The notes under the pieces were generated by a model. That model ran no database searches, had not been told where the DNA came from, and was given only the letters and a program-made list of their open reading frames with translations. The translations under genes were made by a program, and so were the position numbers. Positions 27,088 through 33,398 of a stretch of 33,398 bases of DNA are shown here, one piece after another. Position 1 is the stretch's first letter; each line of letters opens with the position of its first letter. Source of the DNA: Dehalococcoidia bacterium (GTDB taxonomy: Bacteria; Chloroflexota; Dehalococcoidia; UBA2979); assembly GCA_040902395.1 (NCBI GenBank), contig JBBDXH010000044.1:1-33398 (forward strand), written 5' to 3'.

Positions 27088-28557
27088 GTGCGCCACCCCG
27101 GGCGTGCCTTCCGGCGCGGTCTGCTCCGCGGCCTCATCGCCCGCCTGCCCTCGCGTGCGCTCGCGCCCGCCGCGGCAGCCCCGCTCGCGGGCGGCGTCGG
27201 CACCGCGTTCGTCTCGGCCGGTGCGCCGCCGCTCGCGCCGCCGCCCGCGACTGGCGGCGATGTGCCGGTCGTGGACGTGGCGCCGCCTCGGCGCCACGGT
27301 CGTCTCGGCCGCCCGCGGTCCATCCGTACCTTCGAGGCACTGAACGCGCGCCCGTTCCGCTGGTTCTTCGTGTCGATGATGGGTCAGTTCTCCGCCATGC
27401 ACATGCAGATGGTGGTCACGCCCTACCTCGTCTACGAGTTGACCGGGTCGTACGCGGCGCTCGGTGCGATGTCGCTCGGCAATGCCATCCCGGGCGTGCT
27501 GCTCGGCTTCTTCGGCGGCGTCGTGGCGGATCGCGCGCCGAAGAAGCTCGTCGTGCAGATCGGGCAGGCGATCAATGCGCTCTTCACGCTGGGCCTCGCG
27601 CTGCTGGCACTCGCGGGGGAGCTGCGCTTCGAGCATCTCTTCATTGCCTCGGCCGGGCAGGGCGCGGTGTTCGCGATCATGGGACCGGCGCGACAGGCTC
27701 TGATCGCGGAGATTGTCGGACCGGCGCGGCTGACGAACGCGGTCGCGCTGAACATGTCGGGGATGAATGTCACGCGCATGGGCGTGCCCGCGCTCGGTGG
27801 GCTGCTGATCGCCGTCATCTCGCCTGCGGGTGTCTACTTCGTGATGACCGCGATGATGATCGTCTCGATCGTCGGCCTCCTCCCCGTGCGCGCGTACGTT
27901 CCGGCGGACGGAGAAGTGGGACTCGAACCCGACCGGTCGCAGACGGCGCGCGGGATCGCCGCGGGGTTGCGCGACATCGCAGATGGCCTGCGTTACGTCA
28001 GGCGCGAGCCGCAGATCTCCGCGCTGCTCGCGGTGAACTTCTTCATCGTGCTGCTGTCGATGCCGTACATGCAGATGATGGCGGGGTTCGTAAAGGACGT
28101 GCTCGGCGCGGGGCCGGGCCAGCTGGGGCTGCTCCTCAGCATCACCGGCGTTGGGTCGCTGGCCGGGTCGCTCGCGATCGCGTCGATGCCGAACCGCGGC
28201 CGCGGCCGCGTGTACCTGCTGAGCTCGCTGCTGCTCGGCGCGGCGCTCATCGTCTTCGCGGCGTCGAGCTGGCTGTGGCTGACGGCGCTGGTGATGATCG
28301 TGATCGGCGTCGGCCAGGCGGGGCGCATGTCGCTGAGCAACGTGCTGCTGATGTCCTACACGCGCCGCGCGTACCAGGGGCGCGTGATGAGCCTGCACAT
28401 GATGGAGTTCAGCCTCGTCTCGTTCGGTACGTTCCTCGTCGGCATCCTCGCCGCGGTGATCGGCGTGCAGCTCGCGATCGGCGGCACGGCCGTGGCGCTG
28501 CTGCTGGTCACGCTGTACTGCCTGCGCTACGCGCCACGCGTGCGCGATCTGCCGTAG
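27088..28557 (+). CDS. MFS transporter (EntS/MFS_3-like) with low-complexity N-terminal extension
   Basis: Core begins ...FEALNARPFRWFFVSMMGQFSAMHMQMVVTPYLVYELTGS...GGVVADRAPKK, followed by about 12 TM segments. Start uncertain: third-position G+C rises from ~58% to ~89% at about GTG 27088 (GGTGA 7 nt upstream). GTG 27271/27277 are alternative starts. Confidence 0.8.
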   Translation: MRHPGRAFRRGLLRGLIARLPSRALAPAAAAPLAGGVGTAFVSAGAPPLAPPPATGGDVPVVDVAPPRRHGRLGRPRSIRTFEALNARPFRWFFVSMMGQFSAMHMQMVVTPYLVYELTGSYAALGAMSLGNAIPGVLLGFFGGVVADRAPKKLVVQIGQAINALFTLGLALLALAGELRFEHLFIASAGQGAVFAIMGPARQALIAEIVGPARLTNAVALNMSGMNVTRMGVPALGGLLIAVISPAGVYFVMTAMMIVSIVGLLPVRAYVPADGEVGLEPDRSQTARGIAAGLRDIADGLRYVRREPQISALLAVNFFIVLLSMPYMQMMAGFVKDVLGAGPGQLGLLLSITGVGSLAGSLAIASMPNRGRGRVYLLSSLLLGAALIVFAASSWLWLTALVMIVIGVGQAGRMSLSNVLLMSYTRRAYQGRVMSLHMMEFSLVSFGTFLVGILAAVIGVQLAIGGTAVALLLVTLYCLRYAPRVRDLP

Positions 28558-28629
28558 CCCCGCCGCAGCGGCCGCTACCGCCGCTCCCGTCGCTCCGCTA
28601 CTCTCCCGGCGCTCCGCAGGCCGGTGGAG

Positions 28630-28638
28630 TTATCCACA
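28630..28638. promoter_or_regulatory. Perfect consensus DnaA box upstream of mreB
   Basis: TTATCCACA at 28630-28638, 28 nt upstream of the mreB ATG. Confidence 0.3.
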
Positions 28639-28665
28639 CCACCTCCAGTTGCGCTTGGCGGGGAG

Positions 28666-29697
28666 ATGTTCGGCAAACGCCTCGGTATCGATCTGGGAAC
28701 CGCGAACGTCCTGGTGTTCGAGCACGGCAAAGGCATCGTCATCGACGAGCCCTCGGTGGTCGCGATCACCGAGCGCGACAATACGGTCGTGGCGGTCGGC
28801 GACGACGCGCGCGCCATGATCGGCCGACACCCCGGCAGCATCCAGGTCATTCGGCCGATGCGCGACGGCGTGATCGCGGACTACCTGATCACGGAGGCGA
28901 TGCTCCGCTACTTCATCGGGCGGGTGATCGGGCGCTTCAACCTGGTGCGACCCGAGGTCATGATCTGCGTCCCGGTCGGCGTCACCGGCGTCGAGCAGCG
29001 TGCAGTGCGTGACGCGGCGGAGGCAGCGGGCGCGCGCCGGCCGGCTCAGCTCATACCGGAGCCGCTCGCCGCCGCGATCGGCGCCGAGATCCCGGTCGGC
29101 TCGCCGCGCGGTCACATGATCATCGACATCGGAGGCGGGCGAACCGAGGCGGCGGTGATCTCGATGTTCGGCATCGTCGCGAGCGAGTCCGTGCGCGTCG
29201 CCGGTGACCGCCTCGACGACGCGATCGTGCAGTACGTGAAGCGCCGCCACAACCTCGTGATCGGCGAACGCACCGCCGAGGAGGTGAAGATCGCAATCGG
29301 CTCGGCGCTGCCCGATGAGCACGATCGCTCGACCGACGTGCGCGGGCGCGATCAGATCACCGGCCTCCCGCGTACGGTCACGGTGCGCGCTTCCGAGGTC
29401 ACGCAGGCCATCCAGGAGCAACTCGCCGCGATCGTGCAGACGGCGCGCCGCGTGCTCGAACGCACGCCGCCCGAACTCGCCTCCGACGTGATCGACCGCG
29501 GCATCGTGCTCACAGGAGGCGGGGCGCTGCTTCGGCACCTCGACGACCTGCTGATGCACGAGACCGGTGTCCCTGTGCACATCGCCGAGGAGCCGCTCCG
29601 GTGCGTCGCCAAAGGTGCCGGCGCCGCTCTGGACTACACCGAGGTCATCTCGCGCGCCATGCCGACAGAGGAAGAATCGCTCATCCTCGAGCGATGA
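28666..29697 (+). CDS. mreB: Rod shape-determining protein MreB
   Basis: [29 protein letters not shown]..., [43 protein letters not shown] are canonical actin-fold MreB motifs. No mreC/mreD follow. Confidence 0.95.
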   Translation: MFGKRLGIDLGTANVLVFEHGKGIVIDEPSVVAITERDNTVVAVGDDARAMIGRHPGSIQVIRPMRDGVIADYLITEAMLRYFIGRVIGRFNLVRPEVMICVPVGVTGVEQRAVRDAAEAAGARRPAQLIPEPLAAAIGAEIPVGSPRGHMIIDIGGGRTEAAVISMFGIVASESVRVAGDRLDDAIVQYVKRRHNLVIGERTAEEVKIAIGSALPDEHDRSTDVRGRDQITGLPRTVTVRASEVTQAIQEQLAAIVQTARRVLERTPPELASDVIDRGIVLTGGGALLRHLDDLLMHETGVPVHIAEEPLRCVAKGAGAALDYTEVISRAMPTEEESLILER

Positions 29698-29740
29698 GCG
29701 CGCGGCCCGGCGGCCGGATGCCGTGCGGGCGTGGGCCCGG

Positions 29741-30433
29741 TTAGGCTCGGCGCGCTTCGGGCGGCGGCCCTTCCCGCGCGAACGTCTCCGTGGGGTGGTG
29801 GTTGCGCGTCGCGGTGCGTTTCAGGTGATAGGTCATGCTCTGGAGAAAGAGCACGGGGTTGATGTGCCGCAGCTCCACCCCCGGCGGCACGACGACGCGC
29901 GTGGGGGCGTAGTTGAGGATCGCGCGGACGCCCCCGTGTACGAGCCGGTCGACGACCTCCTGCGCCACGCTGGACGGGACGGCGACTACCGCGATGTCCG
30001 CCGGCCGCAGTCGCAGGTCGCTCTCGAGCTGCGCCGAGTCGCGCACGAGCACGCCATCCACATTGCCGCCGATCGTGCCCCGGGCCGAGTCGTAGAGCGC
30101 GACGATGTCGAAGCCCTGATCCTCGAAGCCCGGGTATGACGCGATCGCACGACCGAGCCGGCCGATGCCGACCACCACGACGCTCCAGCGCGTGTCCAGG
30201 CCGAGGATGACGCGCAGCTCGTCGGTCAGCCGCGGCACCGAGTAGCCGCGCCCCTGCTTCCCGAAGCGGCCGAAATACGACAGATCCTTGCGGATCTGCG
30301 CCGGCGTCACGCCGAGTTCCTCGCCGAGCTCCTGCGAAGACACCACCGCGCGTCCCTCGTATGTGAGGCGCGCGAGGAGGCGGTAATAGACCGGCAAGCG
30401 GTCGATCACGACCTCAGGAATCTCAAGTGGCAC
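29741..30433 (-). CDS. rex: Redox-sensing transcriptional repressor Rex
   Basis: IPEVVIDRLPVYYRLL...VSSQELGEELGVTPAQIRKDLSYFGRFGKQGRGYSV (winged helix) and VVVGIGRLGRAIA (Rossmann GxGxxG). GTG 30433 with GGGGGAA RBS. Confidence 0.93.
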   Translation of the reverse strand: MPLEIPEVVIDRLPVYYRLLARLTYEGRAVVSSQELGEELGVTPAQIRKDLSYFGRFGKQGRGYSVPRLTDELRVILGLDTRWSVVVVGIGRLGRAIASYPGFEDQGFDIVALYDSARGTIGGNVDGVLVRDSAQLESDLRLRPADIAVVAVPSSVAQEVVDRLVHGGVRAILNYAPTRVVVPPGVELRHINPVLFLQSMTYHLKRTATRNHHPTETFAREGPPPEARRA

Positions 30434-30545
30434 GGGTGTTCCCCCGGTGAAGGAATGACCTCGGATCGGCCATGACGTGGGTAGTCCCAGGGTCGGGTGG
30501 GCGGGGAGTTCGAACGTCCTCGGCCATCATAGCCGCCTGCCTTAT

Positions 30546-30563
30546 GTGTGCAATCTGTCACGA
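30546..30563. promoter_or_regulatory. Weak Rex-operator-like site in the rex / FGE-like divergent region
   Basis: GTGTGCA-ATCT-GTCACGA matches TTGTGAA-N4-TTCACAA at 10 of 14 positions, with correct GTG...CAC spacing. Located 113 nt upstream of the rex start, in an AT-richer patch. Confidence 0.25.
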
Positions 30564-30632
30564 GTGACCGCCCGACATCGCCGCGCAACGAACGAGCGCG
30601 GACGCACCCATGTCGGCTGCTAGGATCGGCCC

Positions 30633-31364
30633 GTGAGCGATGATCCGCGCATCCAGCAGCTGCTCGCCGACGGGGCGGCCGCGACGCCCTTCGCGACGCT
30701 GCCTGGCGCCACGTTCGCAATGGGATCACACGCGCGCCCCGACGAGCAGCCCGTCCACCACGTGACCCTCGGCGGGTTCGCCGTCGCCGTCACCCCGGTG
30801 AGCAACCGCGAGTGGGCGGAGTTCCTCGCGGCCACTCGGCATGAGGCTCCGCGCTTCTGGAGCGACGAGCGCTTCAACCAGCCGGAGTGCCCGGTCGTCG
30901 GCATCAACTGGTTCGACGCGGTCGCGTACTGCGACTGGCTGAGCGGCGTGCTCGGCCGAGCGTGCCGGCTGCCGACCGAAGCGGAGCGCGAGTACGCCGC
31001 GCGCGGCAACGTCCCCGATGTCCTGTTCCCGTGGGGCAATGAGCCCTGGGTTGAGGGTCCGCACGCGCTCGGTGCTGCCGGGATGGACCGGCCTCAGCCG
31101 CTGGGGTCGTCGCCGCCCAACGGCTTCGGCCTCACGCACATGGCCGACAACGTCCACGAGTGGTGCTCCGACTGGTACCAGCCCGACGCCTACGCGTCTG
31201 CGGCGGCCGTCGATCCGCGCGGGCCGGATGACGGCGTGCGACGCGCTTCGCGCGGCGGCTCGTGGCGGCACCGCGTCAAGGTCTCGCGGATCGCGGCGCG
31301 TTCGTCGCTGGCTCCCGACCGCCGGTACAACGACTACGGGATGCGCGTCTATGCAGCGGTCTAG
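30633..31364 (+). CDS. FGE-sulfatase-fold (SUMF1/EgtB/PvdO family) protein lacking the FGE catalytic cysteine pair
   Basis: GATFAMGS...PVHHVTLGGFAVAVTPVSNREWAEF, PVVGINWFDAVAYCDWLS, RLPTEAEREYAARG, NGFGLTHMADNVHEWCSDWY, RGGSW. The C-terminal segment reads RGGSWRHRVKVSRIAARS with no Cys. TAGGAT lies 6 nt before GTG 30633 (leaderless-type arrangement). Confidence 0.85.
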   Translation: MSDDPRIQQLLADGAAATPFATLPGATFAMGSHARPDEQPVHHVTLGGFAVAVTPVSNREWAEFLAATRHEAPRFWSDERFNQPECPVVGINWFDAVAYCDWLSGVLGRACRLPTEAEREYAARGNVPDVLFPWGNEPWVEGPHALGAAGMDRPQPLGSSPPNGFGLTHMADNVHEWCSDWYQPDAYASAAAVDPRGPDDGVRRASRGGSWRHRVKVSRIAARSSLAPDRRYNDYGMRVYAAV

Positions 31365-31421
31365 CGTGACGAGGGAGCGGGTGTGGGTGCCGCCGGTCGG
31401 GCGGCCGGCCCACGCGGACGG

Positions 31422-31853
31422 CTAGCGAGTACGCGACGCGCCGGCGCGTCGCGCGCGCGCCGCCTGCATCGGGCGGATCAGCGTCCGCAGGACGAACGAT
31501 CCGAGCAGGAACCCCACCACCGCGCCTGCCATGTCCAGCATCCAGTCGCGCAGGTCCGGGTCGCGTCCGATCGGCCCCTGGAGCAACTCCGTGGCGGCGG
31601 CGAAGAGCCAGAAGCCGAAGAAGGCGGCGCCGAGCGAGCTGCGCGGGAATCGTCGCGCCCGGTCGCTCACCGCGAAGCGGAGCGCGGACGTCGCGCCCAG
31701 CGTCGCGAACAGCGCGAAGTGGCCAAAGCTCGAATTCACTCCCCAGCCGTCGGCAAAGATGGTGTCGGGAGGGCTGAGGGTGAGCACGACGATCGCCCCC
31801 GCCGTCAGCAGCAGCCCGACATCGGCCAGTCTTCGGAGCCTCCGCGACGTCAT
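31422..31853 (-). CDS. VanZ family membrane protein
   Basis: 143 aa with four hydrophobic segments. FGHFALFATLG and ELLQGPIGRDPDLRDWMLDMAGAVVGFLLG match the VanZ pattern. No SD; TACCCT lies 6 nt before the ATG. Confidence 0.75.
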   Translation of the reverse strand: MTSRRLRRLADVGLLLTAGAIVVLTLSPPDTIFADGWGVNSSFGHFALFATLGATSALRFAVSDRARRFPRSSLGAAFFGFWLFAAATELLQGPIGRDPDLRDWMLDMAGAVVGFLLGSFVLRTLIRPMQAARARRAGASRTR

Positions 31854-32174
31854 GGTCGGAGGGTACGAGGGGCGGTGGTTTGAATGAAGCGCCTCAGGCA
31901 CGAAGCCGGCGGGAAGCGCCGTGGCGGTGGCAGCTGATGGTTGAGCTGTGGTCCGCACGCGGCTCGATCGAGGTCCCCGCCCGGCTCGTCGCTTCGTCGG
32001 TGCCCGCGCGCCTCGGCTGCAGGTTGATCGTCGCGAGCCGTCCGCCGAATGCCTCGCGCCGTCGACAGATGAGCGACCGCCCGGTCCGCGCGCGAGCTGC
32101 ACGCCGGCGCGATCGGCTACGGTTCCGCGCACCGCCGCATCGGAGCTCAGCATCGCAGTGCAGGCGATCGAGGG

Positions 32175-32216
32175 GCGTCAGCGTACGGGCGCCGTGGGTG
32201 CGTCAGCGCTGACGCA
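32175..32216. repeat. GCGTCAGCG repeat cluster including an 18-bp perfect palindrome
   Basis: GCGTCAGCG at 32175-32183 and 32200-32208 (25-bp spacing). The second copy is the left half of the perfect palindrome TGCGTCAGC|GCTGACGCA (32199-32216). About 115 nt upstream of the aminotransferase start. Confidence 0.6.
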
Positions 32217-32329
32217 GGGGGGTGGCGTATGCACGTGGGTCGCGCGATGTCGGCGCTGCCGGACGAGTCGCTCGGCGCTCCCGATCTGCGTGCGCTCGTC
32301 GTCTCGCCTGCCCCGCCGCCGGGCGGCTC

Positions 32330-33211
32330 GTGAGCACGCCGCTCGCCTGGCTCGACGGCGCGCTCGTGCCGCGCGCGGACGCGCGCGTCTCGATCGACGA
32401 CTTCGCAGTGCGCTCCGGGGCGACGTGCTTCGAGACGATGCTGGCCGAGGGCGGCCGCGTCTTTCGCCTCGACCGCCATCTCGCTCGCCTGCGGGGAGGA
32501 CTGCTCGAGATGGGCGTCTCGCCGCCCCACGCTGCCGACCTCGGCGCGGCGATCGACGAGACGTTGCGGGCGAACGGGCTGACCGGTGCGCAGGTGCGCC
32601 TGACGGTGACGGCCGGGCGCGGGGGCTCGCCCGATCTGGCTGCCGCCGCCGTGCCGAGCGTCTTCGTCACGACCGACCCCGCGAACATGACGACCCCTCA
32701 GCCGCTACGGCTGCGCGTCGTCTCGGTGCGCATCGACGAGCGGCGCCCGCTGCGCGCCGCGAAGGTCGCACAGTTCCTGCCGTACCTGCTCGCCCGCGCT
32801 GAGGCTCGAGCGGCCGGCGCCGACGACGGCCTGCTGCTCAACCACGCCGGCACGGTCTGCGAGGCCGCGACCGCGAACGTGTTCGCGGTGATCGACGGGC
32901 GACTCGCCACGCCCGCCCGCGACGATGGGCCGGTGCCCGGCGTGACGCGCGACGCTGTGCTCGAGTGCGCCGCCGTGCTGGGCATCGATGCAGACGAGCG
33001 CACGATTCCCCTCGTCGAGCTCGGCCCCGCGAGCGAGATGTTCGTCACCACGAGCCTCGCCGGCCCTCGCGCGGTGACCGCCGTGGCCGCCGTCGATGCC
33101 GAAGACGGTCGCTCGTGGCGCGCGCCGGCCGCGCCGGGTCCGCTGACCACTCGCCTCGCCGAGGCGTATGCCGCGCTCGTCGCGCGCGAGTGCGCGGCGC
33201 CGAGCGTGTAG
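32330..33211 (+). CDS. Class IV (fold type IV) PLP aminotransferase / aminodeoxychorismate lyase-like
   Basis: WLDGALVPRADARVSIDDFAVRSGATCFETM..., FRLDRHLARL, VRLTVTAG, LNHAGTVCEAATANVFAV..., TPARDDGPVPGVTRDAV. GTG 32330 is preferred because third-position G+C is low upstream of it in this frame. Substrate (PabC, IlvE or D-amino acid) not resolvable. Confidence 0.85.
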   Translation: MSTPLAWLDGALVPRADARVSIDDFAVRSGATCFETMLAEGGRVFRLDRHLARLRGGLLEMGVSPPHAADLGAAIDETLRANGLTGAQVRLTVTAGRGGSPDLAAAAVPSVFVTTDPANMTTPQPLRLRVVSVRIDERRPLRAAKVAQFLPYLLARAEARAAGADDGLLLNHAGTVCEAATANVFAVIDGRLATPARDDGPVPGVTRDAVLECAAVLGIDADERTIPLVELGPASEMFVTTSLAGPRAVTAVAAVDAEDGRSWRAPAAPGPLTTRLAEAYAALVARECAAPSV

Positions 33212-33380
33212 CAGGGCGGACGCGCGCACGAGCCGGCCACGGGGCGACTCGCCCGGACGCGGCGAATCGGCGTGGGCGATCACCGCGCCGGCGGCGGTCG
33301 CCGGCGCAGCCGGGAGGCGCGTCCGCTGAACGCAGCACGCTGCGGGGGTGTCGCGCGCTGACCGAGCGGCGGGCCCCCCA

Positions 33381-33398
33381 CCCCCCCCCCCCCCCCCC
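33381..33398. other. Terminal poly-C homopolymer (likely assembly/library artefact)
   Basis: 18 consecutive C at the very end of the window, preceded by CCCCCCA (33374-33380). Confidence 0.8.

Noticed and set aside
30495-30520. GAGTTCGAACG, resembling a tRNA T-loop (GTTCGAA)
   Set aside because: The flanking bases cannot form a 5-bp T stem on either strand, and no acceptor or anticodon arms can be drawn. It is not a tRNA.
30472-30567. 31-aa ORF in the rex/FGE intergenic region ending in a Cys-rich CLMCAICHE motif
   Set aside because: Third-position G+C is only about 65% (11 of 31 codons end in A/T), there is no RBS, and it overlaps the AT-richer putative operator/promoter patch. It is most likely non-coding.
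31880-32212. 110-aa plus-strand ORF (TTG start) and the N-terminal extension of the VanZ frame (to 32153) inside the long spacer
   Set aside because: There is no 3-nt compositional periodicity across 31861-32160 (A/T counts about equal in all three phases), third-position G+C is about 77%, and the translations are Arg/Ser/Pro-rich.

Overview
High-GC (by eye about 70% G+C) bacterial chromosomal window, tightly packed with about 40 genes, most of them housekeeping. It holds a complete F1Fo ATP synthase operon (AtpZ-like gene plus atpBEFHAGDC, 13.8-21.1 kb), murA, murI-pyrF-DUF951, a bifunctional nuclease, mreB, rex, cinA, a stand-alone GltD-like oxidoreductase, a polar amino-acid ABC transporter and an MFS transporter. 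Accessory-looking content: a VapBC-type toxin-antitoxin pair at the left edge, a MoxR-DUF58-DUF4129 module, an overlapping BKACE/ComB-like enzyme pair, an SPFH-Arc(RHH) pair, a solitary ORF6N gene, an FGE-fold protein without the catalytic cysteines, and VanZ. I saw no rRNA, tRNA, CRISPR array, transposase or integrase. The many long ORFs antisense to real genes are GC-driven shadow ORFs. Three features fit an Actinomycetota- or Chloroflexota-like organism: atp operon followed by murA, an Asp-type MurA, and -10 boxes sitting 6 nt from start codons. Taxonomy cannot be settled from this window. I do not see a clear novel multi-gene system such as a defence island. The most intriguing signals are at sequence level. 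(1) A perfect AT-rich 15-bp-arm palindrome written in rare codons inside the ORF6N gene. (2) Three GATATC palindromes at exact 11-bp phasing upstream of the SPFH-Arc pair. (3) A near-consensus Rex operator on the atp promoter, with rex encoded in the same window. (4) Signal-peptide-like extensions on ATP synthase subunits c and b, plus a ~55-aa loop insertion in subunit a. (5) A ~400-476 nt non-coding spacer with a palindrome/repeat cluster. The window ends in an 18-nt poly-C run that looks like an assembly or library artefact.
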